A stretch of 61,353 bases of DNA, the filler included, from Gemmatimonadota bacterium (lineage in GTDB: Bacteria > 4572-55 > J002), in NCBI GenBank assembly GCA_003697105.1. It is 3 parts of 3 records of this genome, joined end to end, with 100 filler letters (N's around TTAATTAATTAA, not from the genome) between each part and the next. Parts side by side here need not be neighbours in the genome. Positions count along the whole stretch, not along the records: positions 1 to 28,517 come from RFFQ01000181.1; 2 more parts are not named here. The stretch is one strand, 5' to 3'. Below, piece by piece: positions 8,331 through 18,116 of this stretch. A program made the translations under genes and the position numbers. Within the stretch, counting starts at the first letter, position 1; every line of letters begins with the position of its first letter. The notes beneath the pieces are model-generated. The model was not told where the DNA came from. It was given only the letters and a program-made list of their open reading frames with translations, and searched no databases.

Positions 8331-10091
8331 TTACCGCAACAACACCATGGACGCCGTTATAGATTCGTGATCCGTTTGTAAGCGATAAAAATAGACACCA
8401 CTTTCCACCACCTGCTGTTGGTCATCCGTGCCATCCCACAGCACCGAATATTCACCCGGCGCTTGAGGCTGATCCACTACCGTGCGGATCAACCGTCCGG
8501 ACAGATCGTAAATCCGCAGGGTCACCTGACCGGTTTGAGGCAGGTGGTAGCGAATCGTGGTACGCGGATTAAACGGGTTGGGGAAGTTGCTCAACGAGAG
8601 CAGCGCCCCGGGGGTATCATATTGTGCCGGGTCTGGATCAACGGAGGTAAAATAATCCGCGGCGGCACTGGCATCGGCAATACCCCAGCCAAACAGATTA
8701 TCAGGACCGGCATCACCAGCGTCAACGGCGGTGTTCAAAAACGCCTCTCTTACTTCGGACATAGTCCAGGCGGGGTGTTTGCTCCAGACCGCCGCGGCGG
8801 CACCCGCAATGAGGGGGCACGACAGTGAGGTTCCAGAAGCGCGAGTATAGCCATGCGGATCGTTGGCATCCACGGTGAAGGTGGCGCGTCCTTGTGCCAT
8901 AATTTCTGGCTTGATACGCCCGTCATAAGTGGGTCCGATGGAGCTAAAACTGACGTATGCACCCAGCGAATCCACGGCACCGACGGCTAAAATCTCAAAG
9001 GCATCTGCCGGCGCATTCATGTAAGGATAATCGCTACCGCCGTTATTACCGTTGGAATTGCAGATTAATACGCCATTTTCCGCCGCCGTATTCGCCGCAA
9101 TCGTTGTGGTGGCGGTTTCGCCATCCATATCTTCGTACTCGTACCAATCGATGTAACCAAGCGAACTGCTCACCACGGACGCACCTTGATTTTCTGCCCA
9201 TTCGATGGCTTCTACCCAGTTATCTTCTTCTACGGGGGTTTCGCTGGTAACATCCTCTGTTTTGCACAAAATAACACTTGCCTCGTAAGCGGGGCTGATT
9301 AAGCGACCGGGAAAATATCCCACGGTTGCCCCCAAGGTCAGGGTGCCGTGCCGGTGCTGATTTGGATGATCGCCGCTTTCGTACCCCACATTCCCATCAT
9401 CATTGACGAAATCCCACTGGGCGATCACATTTAATTCTTCAAAAGCCTCATGAGCCAGATTGTAACCGGTATCCAGCATGGCAATAATGATCCCTTCTCC
9501 GGCGTACCCTTCTTCATGCAAGGGTGGAACATTGATCTGGTTCAGTTGGGTGTATGCCCCGCCGTAATCTTCTGGATCAAATTGGCGTTGCGTGGCTCGA
9601 GATCGGGTGGGATTCACCTCAACCGGCGAGAGGTCAACCGGCTCGGTGCGGCGTGTTTTTGCCACAAGTTGCACCCGCCGGATAAAATCAAACGGGATCA
9701 GTTGGTCGATTTGCCCGGCTTTAATGTCAATACTAATTGCATTGAGCCAGTTGGACGTTGCGCGATGTTTTTCAGCGAGGGCGATCACCTGTTCCACATA
9801 GGGGCGATAGACGGCAATGTCGCGGTAATCCACTATCTGGGATTTACCTTCTTTCAGGCGCCGGGTGATCGCCGGCGGCGAGAGCCGGTTCACCGCCGTT
9901 TGGAGGGCATCTTCCAGTTCCGACCGGGTTAAATCCCCCTTATCTTGAAAAAAGACCCACACCGTAAACACCTGATCGGCATTGGCGGTTTCTAACTGGG
10001 CAGCCAAACGGGGTGTAATCACTTCAGCAGCGACATCACTACCCCCAGCGAAGAGCAAAATGCTAATCCACATCAAAAACCGGTGTTTCAT
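8331..10091 (-). CDS. Secreted S8 (subtilisin-like) serine peptidase with C-terminal FlgD-Ig/T9SS-like sorting domain
   Basis: Signal peptide; catalytic LDTG, HGT and SGTSLSCP; C-terminal NFPNPFNP...IYDLSGRLIR...WDG...SGVYFYRL. Confidence 0.9.
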   Translation of the reverse strand: MKHRFLMWISILLFAGGSDVAAEVITPRLAAQLETANADQVFTVWVFFQDKGDLTRSELEDALQTAVNRLSPPAITRRLKEGKSQIVDYRDIAVYRPYVEQVIALAEKHRATSNWLNAISIDIKAGQIDQLIPFDFIRRVQLVAKTRRTEPVDLSPVEVNPTRSRATQRQFDPEDYGGAYTQLNQINVPPLHEEGYAGEGIIIAMLDTGYNLAHEAFEELNVIAQWDFVNDDGNVGYESGDHPNQHRHGTLTLGATVGYFPGRLISPAYEASVILCKTEDVTSETPVEEDNWVEAIEWAENQGASVVSSSLGYIDWYEYEDMDGETATTTIAANTAAENGVLICNSNGNNGGSDYPYMNAPADAFEILAVGAVDSLGAYVSFSSIGPTYDGRIKPEIMAQGRATFTVDANDPHGYTRASGTSLSCPLIAGAAAAVWSKHPAWTMSEVREAFLNTAVDAGDAGPDNLFGWGIADASAAADYFTSVDPDPAQYDTPGALLSLSNFPNPFNPRTTIRYHLPQTGQVTLRIYDLSGRLIRTVVDQPQAPGEYSVLWDGTDDQQQVVESGVYFYRLQTDHESITASMVLLR

Positions 10092-10142
10092 TATAACCTC
10101 CTATAAAATTTGGAAAATTAACGTTTGGTTACTCAAATGTGA

Positions 10143-10469
10143 TTAGTGATCTACGTTCACAACATCATCCAGCCATGCCAAATAGGCGTCTGATCCGGCG
10201 GTAATGGGCAGAGCGATCATCTCTGCCACCTCATACGGGTGGAGTTCGTCAACCGTCTGTTGGATGCCAGCAAGTTTGGACGCGTGCGTTTTAATAATGA
10301 GCAACAGTTCGGGATCATCGCAAATATCGCCCTGCCAACGGTAAATCGACCGAATTTGGGGTACAATATTAACACAGGCAGCCTGTTGGCGTTCAACCAG
10401 TGCCCGTGCCAATTTTTCGGCGTTTTCGGGTGTATCAATCGTCACATAGACCACACGAAAAGGGGTCAT
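10143..10469 (-). CDS. cutA: Divalent-cation tolerance protein CutA
   Basis: AACVNI, SIYRWQG, IKT, LHPYEV. Confidence 0.92.
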   Translation of the reverse strand: MTPFRVVYVTIDTPENAEKLARALVERQQAACVNIVPQIRSIYRWQGDICDDPELLLIIKTHASKLAGIQQTVDELHPYEVAEMIALPITAGSDAYLAWLDDVVNVDH

Positions 10470-10680
10470 TTTCGTTTCACCTCACTTTCACTGTGGATTC
10501 GTAAATACGAGCGATAGCTGTACACTGAATACTGCCCCCGCCTTGGAAAGTCAAGTTTGAAATTACGCAAGCATTACCCGAACAGCCGTCTTGATCGCAA
10601 AACTCATTGACAATCCAGAACTAACTGTGGTATGCTGGACTTGATTAATCAGAATACTTGGCTTTTCAAGGGAGGTCATA

Positions 10681-13600
10681 ATGATTCGTATCATCCTATT
10701 CGTACTCATTGCCGGAGGGTTATCACTTTTCGCAATGGTCAGCTTTTCCGCACCGGGGAAACATCCGGCAAATGCCTTTAACGCCGGCAACCAAGAGTTT
10801 GAAAAGAAAAATTATGTCAAAGCGTTGGACTATTACCAGCAGGCATTAGAACACGAAAAAAACTCCGAGAAGGCACTGGAAATTCAATATCAAATTGGAT
10901 TGTGCTATGTCCGGCTGAACCGAGAGAGGGACTACCGGCAGAAATTTGAGGAGTTCATTTCAGATTATCTGGAAACCACAAAAGGGACGATCTGGGAAGC
11001 CCGGGCATATTACCTAAAAGGGCTTGCTTTCCAGAACTACTATTATTACCCGGACGGGGAAATCCATCCATTTGAACAGGCACGGCTGATTTACAATGAC
11101 TATCTGAAGAGCAAAAAACTACGCGCTCAAGAACTGCTGGAAACCGACATCCGGTTGGCAGAAGCACTGGAAGCGCAAATTTACAATTACAGTTACCGCC
11201 GGATGGAGCATCAGCGGCAGGAGATGGATAATCCCCCCGCCGGTGACGATCCATTTTACGAAGAATGGGAACGGGAATCGTTGAAAGAAACAGACGCGAA
11301 ATACCACAAGGAATGGGAAATCCGCAAGCGAATTGTCTATTTGTTCCGTGAAATGTCGCGCTTGAGCAAAAAACCGGCGGATCAATTTACCGTGCACTAC
11401 AATTTGGCGCACTTTCTTCGCCGGCAAGCCCGCACGGAAATTTACACCCAGGAGGCCATCAAACGGTTTCGGGATGTCACCGCAGAAGCCCCCGATACCA
11501 AGCTCCGCGAGGATGCCCAATTTAGTATTGCCTTTTTCTACTTGGAGCAGGAAAATTGGCTCACAGCGGAAACTGAATTGGAAGCCCTGATCCGCAAATT
11601 CCCCACCTCACGGTGGGTCTCTGATGCCCGGCGAGCACTCCAGCAAATACGCAAAAAAGAACTTCGGATGGATGTCCAAACAGCCTTTTTGCCGGACCAA
11701 ACTCCTACGATTACCGTGACTACCCGGAACCTAAAAGCAGTCGAGTTCACCCTCTATCCCTTTGATTTTGCCGAATTTTTACAATCAGCAGCCGGGCTGA
11801 AAGCGGAGGCGTTGAACCATTTCAACGAGCTTTTCGGGGATATTGAGCAGGCGGTGAAATACGCTGATAAACCCCTCCACAAGTGGACAGAAACAGTCGA
11901 GGATCGCGACGATCACAATCCGGTGGCAACCGAGTTAACACTCGATTTAAATGAGATCAAAAAAGGTGAACCGGTCATCGGTACATATCTGCTGGTGGGC
12001 AAGCGCGGGCAAAATTCCACTGCCGCCTTGATTGTCGTCTCTGATCTTACCATCATCCAGCGTACCGCCGATGATAAAGTCGTCACTTTTGTAGCAGATG
12101 CCCTTAGCGGCGCTCCCGTCCCCAACGCGGAAGTAACGATCCTCAAGCACCAACATCAATTTCAAGGTGTTTCCGACGAAAACGGGCTTTTTGAAACCCA
12201 CACGGCGCTTAGTTCCTGTGCGGGGTATTCCTGTTTTATCGCCTCCTACGCTGTTGTGGGCAACCGGTTTGCCGCCACACCGCAACAATACGGCTATAGT
12301 TATCGCGAGGATCGCCGTCAGATACAGAGCTACACCATTACCGACCGTCCGGTGTACCGTCCCGAACAAATGGTTTACTTCAAACACATTTTCCGTGAAA
12401 ATCGGGACGGGGTTTACTTCCCATTGAACAACACAGATGTACGGGTAATCATTAAAGACCCGCGCTGGAGCACGGTGTTGGATACCACCCTTCAAACGAA
12501 TGAGTTCGGTTCTATTGCCGGATCATACACTCTGCCAGAAGAAGCGCCCTTAGGGGTATATCGATTTGAGCTTAGCCGTAAAAATCAACGGATCTACGCC
12601 GCCAGTGCACCCCAATTTCGGGTGGAGGAGTACAAACGCCCGGAAGTCAAACTCAATGTCAGTGCGGATGAGAGCAATTTGCGCGTTGGGGAAACGATCA
12701 AAATCACCTTAAATGCCGAGTATTACTTTGGCGGTGGCGTGGCGGATGCGGATGTAAATTACACCATCCGGCGGCAGAATTATCGCCCCACCTTTTATTC
12801 CGGCAATGAGTACGACTGGCTGTACGGGCGCGGTTTTGATGATGAGAACCGGGACCGCGGCTGGTGGTGGTATCGCTGGTGGTACTACGACCGCAACGAA
12901 ACGCTGATGACCTCCGGTAGTGCCAAAACGGACGCAGAGGGCAATGTGGAGATTGAAATCAAAACGGACGATCTACTGACAGACGAGTGGGAAGATGCCT
13001 ATCTCATCACCATCGAGGCGAATGTGACCGATGCCAGCCGCCGTCAGATTGATGCCCGCAAGGAGATCATCCTACCGGTGAGTGAATTTTATGCCTATGT
13101 GGAGAGTGAACGGAACTTTCTGCTCCCTAACGAGAAAGCCAAATTTACCATTTTCACCCTGACGCCCAACTACGCTCCTAAAGATGCCGATGGGACGGTG
13201 CGGGTACTCAAATTAACCCCGAAAGATGATCCCCAAGAAAATGAAGACCCCTACACCGAAAAAGAGATTTATTCTGAAGAGCTTAGCACTAAAAACGGGC
13301 GCGGCGAATTTATTTGGATACCGAAAGATGACGGGCGATTTCGCATCCGATTTGAGGCGCGGGATAAGCGCGAGGCGCTCGTCACCGGGCAGACCGAATT
13401 GTGGGTCGCCGGTGAGAAATTCTCCGGGCGAACCTATCGTTTTGCCAATCTGCAAGTGACCACCAACAAATCGACTTACGCCGAAGGTGAAACGGCGCAT
13501 CTGCTGATCACCACTGCCCAGAATGAGAGCCACGTCTTTTTGACGAGCGGAGCGAACCGCGACCTGTACGGGGCACAAGTCATCGCAATTAAAGGTGGCG

Positions 13601-16536
13601 CGAAGACAATCCCCCTGAAAATTACCGAGCAACACGTACCTAACTTTTTTATCACCGGTTATCAGGTGCAGAAGGGCGTGATCGAAACAGACAACCGGCA
13701 GGTGTTTGTGCCACCTGCCAAGCACTTCATTAACGTGGATTTGACTGCAGATAAAACCACCTATAAACCGGGTGAAACCGGTACGTTTACGCTGAAAACC
13801 ACCGATTCCCAAGGTAAACCGATTGTCGCCGAAGTGGCGCTGAGTGTGTTCGATGCCTCTTTGCTCTACATCCAAAATGAAACCTCCCCGGACATCCGCC
13901 GCTACTACTACGGCAGTCTGCGCGGGGACGCCACCGGCACGCAAAATTCATTCGATTACCGCCTTGCGCCGGTCAGTGAAGATAAAACCACCTACAAGGA
14001 TTATGAGCGACACGGCTACCCCGATGGCTGGTACGGTTTGAGTGATGGACTACGGTATGAGCTACTGGGTGAGGAGATCGATCAACGCACCGAACACATG
14101 AGCATGGGCGCCGCCGGAGAGGGACGCCAAGTCATGGCAATGGACATGGCAGCACCCGCGCCAATGGCGGAAGAAGCCCCCATGATGAAGTCTGCTCCTA
14201 CCGAGGAAGCCGAATTTACCGATGCGGATGAAACCCGCCGCGACGCCAATGAGAAGAAAAAAGAAGGGGCGAATGTCGAGCCAGAAGTACGCACCAACTT
14301 TGCCGAAACCGCGCTCTGGCGTCCGTTTGTCGTCACGGATGAAAATGGGGAGGCAACAGTTGATTGTGACTTCCCGGATGCACTGACCACGTGGCGGGCA
14401 AGCGCCAAAGCGGTCTCCGGTAAAACGCACGTGGGCGAGGCGATGACGGAAGTCCGCACCAAAAAAGAGGTGCTAGTGCGCCTGCAAGCACCTCGCTTTT
14501 TTGTGGAACGGGACGAAGTAGTGATCTCGGCAAACGTCCACAATTACAGTGAAACGGTGCAGGAATTAACGGTGGAATTAGGGATTAGGGATCAGGGATC
14601 AGGAGTTAGCAAATTGCTACGCTTGATCTCGGCGGAAAATCCGGTACAAATCACGTTAGCACCGAATTCCGAAGAGCGGGTCGATTGGCGAGTGGCAGTG
14701 GTCGGCAATGGCGAGGTGACAATCCGCGTCTCTGCCGCCTCTCCGCAGGATGGCGATGCGATGGAATTGACGTTTCCGGTTTTTGAATACGGCATCGAAA
14801 AGATGGTAGCCCATCTGGGCGACCTGCGCACAACGGATCAGGCGGAATTTACCCTGACCGTGCCGGATGAGATCAAGCAAGGGTCGCAGAACTTGCAAAT
14901 CGTCCTCTCGCCTTCACTGGCGGCGATCACCATCGATGCCCTGCCCTATCTGGCGGATTACCCCTACGGCTGTTTCGAGCAAACGATCAACCGCTTTGTA
15001 CCGGCAGTGCTGGTGGCGAAAACACTGCAGAACTTGGGAATGAATCTGGAAGATTTGGAACATGCGCGGAAAAACATCATGGCAAAAGAGCTTGCCGCCG
15101 GGCGCTACCGGCATCGGGAAAGTCCGGTTTACGACAGCCAAGAATTGCAACAGATGATCGATACCGGTTTGAATCGCATTCCTAAATTCCAGAACCGTGA
15201 CGGCGGGTTCGGCTGGTGGACACAGGATTCGCAATCCGACCCTTACATGACGGCGTTAGGTGTAAATTCGCTGATAATCGCCCAATCGTGCGATCTGAAT
15301 GTTAACCAAAATATGCTGCGCCGGGCGGTGAATTATCTGCAAAATTATGTGAAAACACGGGATAATGTGCCGGAGAATCTGCAAACGTATATTTACTATG
15401 CCCTCTCCAATTATGATCCAAAAAAGATCGACATGGAGGCGCTGGACACACTTTTTGGTCGGCGGGATGAACTTTCCTACTATTCTTGGGCGCTGTTAGG
15501 GTTGACCTATGCCAACAAAGTATTGGAAGAACTAGGCACGTTTCGGCGGGGGCAATTGATGGTGGCATCATTGGATGAACCATTAGTGGAGCAAAATTTA
15601 GACAGTCCGGCGTTTGAAAAGATGGATATTTTGCGGCAAAATTTACTAGACCGGATGCGTACAGATGACCAAAATGGCACGGCATTCTGGCAACCTGAAG
15701 GCAGTTATTGGTGGTATTGGTGGAATAATCGGGTAGAAACTACCGCCACCACTCTGCAATTTTTGAATCGGGTGGATCCACACAATGAGAATCTGCCGCG
15801 AGTGGTCAAATGGTTAGTCAATAATCGACGCGGCAATCGCTGGTACTCCACCAAAGATACCGCGCTTGGCGTGCATGTACTGCTGGAATACGCACGGTCA
15901 CAGGGGGAATTAGACGCCGATTACGAATTGACCGTTAAGATGGACGGGGAACCCCTGAAAGTCATTCGCGTCACACCGGAAAATTTGCTGACCTTTGATA
16001 ATAAAATTTTTGTGGAAGCGCCTGAATTGAACCGCGGTGAGCATCAAATTGAAATCAGCAAAAATGGCACGGGCAACCTCTATTATTCTGCCTTTGTGGA
16101 GTACTTCACACAGGAAGAACAGATTGAGGGCACCGGTAATGAAATTTTCATCACCCGGACATATTTTAAGAAAGCAGAAGCGGGGGGTGAAAAGCAAACA
16201 TTAGCGGATGGGGACCGGCTAAACAGTGGTGATGAAATTGAAGTGGAATTGACCATCCATGCCAAAAATGACTACGATTATTTGGTGTTTGAAGACATGA
16301 AACCGGCCGGGTGCGAGTTCACCCAATTGAAATCGGCTGGGGGTTACATGGAACTGCGCGACGAAAAGGCGGTTTTTTTCCGGCATTCACTCCGGCAGGG
16401 AGAGACAACGATTCGATATAACTTGCGGGCAGAAATTCCGGGCGATTTCCATGCACTGCCCACCAAGGGACTTGCCATGTACGCCCCGGATGTGCGATCC
16501 ATCAGTGATAGTTTTACCCTGAAGATTGAAGATTAA
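10681..16536 (+). CDS. Bacterial alpha-2-macroglobulin with N-terminal TPRs
   Basis: TDRPVYRP (MG2), FRVEEYKRP, VRTNFAETALW, FPDALTTW, thioester motif YPYGCFEQ, QNRDGGFGWW, AMYAP. Confidence 0.92.
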   Translation: MIRIILFVLIAGGLSLFAMVSFSAPGKHPANAFNAGNQEFEKKNYVKALDYYQQALEHEKNSEKALEIQYQIGLCYVRLNRERDYRQKFEEFISDYLETTKGTIWEARAYYLKGLAFQNYYYYPDGEIHPFEQARLIYNDYLKSKKLRAQELLETDIRLAEALEAQIYNYSYRRMEHQRQEMDNPPAGDDPFYEEWERESLKETDAKYHKEWEIRKRIVYLFREMSRLSKKPADQFTVHYNLAHFLRRQARTEIYTQEAIKRFRDVTAEAPDTKLREDAQFSIAFFYLEQENWLTAETELEALIRKFPTSRWVSDARRALQQIRKKELRMDVQTAFLPDQTPTITVTTRNLKAVEFTLYPFDFAEFLQSAAGLKAEALNHFNELFGDIEQAVKYADKPLHKWTETVEDRDDHNPVATELTLDLNEIKKGEPVIGTYLLVGKRGQNSTAALIVVSDLTIIQRTADDKVVTFVADALSGAPVPNAEVTILKHQHQFQGVSDENGLFETHTALSSCAGYSCFIASYAVVGNRFAATPQQYGYSYREDRRQIQSYTITDRPVYRPEQMVYFKHIFRENRDGVYFPLNNTDVRVIIKDPRWSTVLDTTLQTNEFGSIAGSYTLPEEAPLGVYRFELSRKNQRIYAASAPQFRVEEYKRPEVKLNVSADESNLRVGETIKITLNAEYYFGGGVADADVNYTIRRQNYRPTFYSGNEYDWLYGRGFDDENRDRGWWWYRWWYYDRNETLMTSGSAKTDAEGNVEIEIKTDDLLTDEWEDAYLITIEANVTDASRRQIDARKEIILPVSEFYAYVESERNFLLPNEKAKFTIFTLTPNYAPKDADGTVRVLKLTPKDDPQENEDPYTEKEIYSEELSTKNGRGEFIWIPKDDGRFRIRFEARDKREALVTGQTELWVAGEKFSGRTYRFANLQVTTNKSTYAEGETAHLLITTAQNESHVFLTSGANRDLYGAQVIAIKGGAKTIPLKITEQHVPNFFITGYQVQKGVIETDNRQVFVPPAKHFINVDLTADKTTYKPGETGTFTLKTTDSQGKPIVAEVALSVFDASLLYIQNETSPDIRRYYYGSLRGDATGTQNSFDYRLAPVSEDKTTYKDYERHGYPDGWYGLSDGLRYELLGEEIDQRTEHMSMGAAGEGRQVMAMDMAAPAPMAEEAPMMKSAPTEEAEFTDADETRRDANEKKKEGANVEPEVRTNFAETALWRPFVVTDENGEATVDCDFPDALTTWRASAKAVSGKTHVGEAMTEVRTKKEVLVRLQAPRFFVERDEVVISANVHNYSETVQELTVELGIRDQGSGVSKLLRLISAENPVQITLAPNSEERVDWRVAVVGNGEVTIRVSAASPQDGDAMELTFPVFEYGIEKMVAHLGDLRTTDQAEFTLTVPDEIKQGSQNLQIVLSPSLAAITIDALPYLADYPYGCFEQTINRFVPAVLVAKTLQNLGMNLEDLEHARKNIMAKELAAGRYRHRESPVYDSQELQQMIDTGLNRIPKFQNRDGGFGWWTQDSQSDPYMTALGVNSLIIAQSCDLNVNQNMLRRAVNYLQNYVKTRDNVPENLQTYIYYALSNYDPKKIDMEALDTLFGRRDELSYYSWALLGLTYANKVLEELGTFRRGQLMVASLDEPLVEQNLDSPAFEKMDILRQNLLDRMRTDDQNGTAFWQPEGSYWWYWWNNRVETTATTLQFLNRVDPHNENLPRVVKWLVNNRRGNRWYSTKDTALGVHVLLEYARSQGELDADYELTVKMDGEPLKVIRVTPENLLTFDNKIFVEAPELNRGEHQIEISKNGTGNLYYSAFVEYFTQEEQIEGTGNEIFITRTYFKKAEAGGEKQTLADGDRLNSGDEIEVELTIHAKNDYDYLVFEDMKPAGCEFTQLKSAGGYMELRDEKAVFFRHSLRQGETTIRYNLRAEIPGDFHALPTKGLAMYAPDVRSISDSFTLKIED
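14576..14609 (-). repeat. In-frame heptamer repeat inside the alpha-2-macroglobulin gene
   Basis: attaggg attaggg atcaggg atcagga gttag, the reverse complement of the 1354-1415 repeat type; encodes LGIRDQGSGVS. Confidence 0.75.
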
Positions 16537-16604
16537 GCCCCGGTGCAGGCGTGATTGAAAATCAAACCCCATTACGGTAAAGGTCACTCTTACAGGCATA
16601 AAAT

Positions 16605-16640
16605 AAAAACCCTAAGTAGATGATTTACTTAGGGTTAATC
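16605..16640. terminator. Intrinsic terminator between the convergent A2M gene and tRNA operon
   Basis: Stem AACCCTAAGTA/TACTTAGGGTT with a T-rich tail on the minus strand. Confidence 0.75.
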
Positions 16641-16646
16641 TTTTCA

Positions 16647-16722
<76 letters not shown>

Positions 16723-16730
16723 GGGTAATA

Positions 16731-16807
16731 TGGTGCGCCAGAGAGGATTCGAACCCCTGACACCCAGATCCGAAGTCTGGTGCTCTATCCAGCTGAGCTA
16801 CTGGCGC
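16731..16807 (-). tRNA. tRNA-Arg (anticodon TCG)
   Basis: GCGCCAGTAGCTCAGCTGGATAGAGCACCAGACT-TCG-GATCTGGGTGTCAGGGGTTCGAATCCTCTCTGGCGCACCA; cloverleaf with encoded CCA. Confidence 0.96.
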
Positions 16808-16828
16808 AAGTGCTAAATTGAACGCCCG

Positions 16829-16857
16829 AATATACAGCCAATCGGGTACCCTGTCAA
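16829..16857 (-). promoter_or_regulatory. sigma70-type promoter of the tRNA operon
   Basis: Minus strand TTGACA, 17 bp, TATATT. Confidence 0.7.
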
Positions 16858-16908
16858 GAATTTTCCCCGAATTGGGTTTAACCCTCGCCACCCAATCCGG
16901 GGAACGGG

Positions 16909-16937
16909 TTGACATTTATGCCGAACTACTGTATTTT
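16909..16937 (+). promoter_or_regulatory. Divergent sigma70-type promoter
   Basis: TTGACA, 17 bp, TATTTT; separated from the tRNA promoter by an inverted repeat at 16863-16904. Confidence 0.5.
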
Positions 16938-16987
16938 ATTGAGGTACTAAACCCATTAACTTTACATTTTTGGAAGGATTTTGCGTC

Positions 16988-18034
16988 ATGCGAATACCCG
17001 TCGTCCTGCTCTTGGGGTTGGTGCTTTGCGGAATAACCACAGTCTTTGCCGCAGAATCCAGCACCATTCATGGTTTTGTGTTGGATGAAAACGGCAATCC
17101 GTTGGAAAGTGTACGCATTTCAGTCACGGGCACGCAGCAATACGCCATCACCGGCCAAGATGGTACCTACACGATTGAGATCGAAAGCGGCTCATATCTG
17201 GTTCAAGCTTCCACACTAGATATGGTTTACGAACCGGCAATTAAATGGGTCGATCTGGCTCCAGATGAAGAAACTACCTTAAATTTTATCTTATTTAAGG
17301 AAGATAGCAAAATAGTAGATTGTAACCAAATAAACTTAGAACAGTTGCTCGCCTTATGGCGACAGTGCTACGATAATACCCGCTTTAACGACGTCATGGC
17401 TCAGGCACAAATTGATGGATGCCAACACTTCGTTCAAACGCTAGTCGATGTACTCGTCGATAACTGGGAGTACCAATCACGAGATTATGCCCGCCAAATT
17501 GATCAAATTCCGATGACACACCGTACTACCAGCGATTATGCCTCCCAAATTCAGAAACGGCGCTACTATTATAATCAGTTTAAAAATGCCCATTGGATAT
17601 TATCATGGTTGATTGAACCGCCGCCGTATCCGGTTTCGTCTTTTCCCAAAACGTTATGTCAAGACACACCCGTTAATGAAAAGTTGGCAGGCTATCTTAG
17701 CGATCCAGACCCCCGGATCAAAGCCATCGTAATCGATATTTTGGGAAGTGCCACCGATATTGCCTTGCTCCCGGGTCTGAAAGAAAGTTTGAAAAATCCG
17801 GAATGGCTCTCGATTTACGAATCCATGTATCAGGATTTCCGGTTAAGCCCCATGAATTTTGACATCTGGGATGCCATGTACAATTTTCATGAATTTATGA
17901 ATGTCGATTTTTCTACCACGTTGAAAACCTTAGCGGAAACACATCCCAGCCAATACGTGCGCCGGCGTTCTATGGCACAATTAACGGAATCCTACCCGGA
18001 TATTGCCAAGCAGGTGCGAGAGATTCAACATTGA
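16988..18034 (+). CDS. Secreted protein with carboxypeptidase-regulatory-like domain and C-terminal HEAT-like helices
   Basis: Signal peptide; IHGFVLDENGNPL...TGQDGTY beta-sandwich; LSDPDPRIK HEAT-like segment. Confidence 0.7.
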   Translation: MRIPVVLLLGLVLCGITTVFAAESSTIHGFVLDENGNPLESVRISVTGTQQYAITGQDGTYTIEIESGSYLVQASTLDMVYEPAIKWVDLAPDEETTLNFILFKEDSKIVDCNQINLEQLLALWRQCYDNTRFNDVMAQAQIDGCQHFVQTLVDVLVDNWEYQSRDYARQIDQIPMTHRTTSDYASQIQKRRYYYNQFKNAHWILSWLIEPPPYPVSSFPKTLCQDTPVNEKLAGYLSDPDPRIKAIVIDILGSATDIALLPGLKESLKNPEWLSIYESMYQDFRLSPMNFDIWDAMYNFHEFMNVDFSTTLKTLAETHPSQYVRRRSMAQLTESYPDIAKQVREIQH

Positions 18035-18064
18035 CCCAACTTGACCTTTTTCACATTAAATTTT

Positions 18065-18098
18065 ACCGAAGATTCGGGCCCGAATCTTCGGTTTTTTT
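18065..18098 (+). terminator. Perfect 28-bp palindrome with T-tract upstream of tyrS
   Basis: ACCGAAGATTCGGG|CCCGAATCTTCGGT followed by a T run. Confidence 0.75.
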
Positions 18099-18116
18099 GC
18101 ACTAGGAGACACTCAA

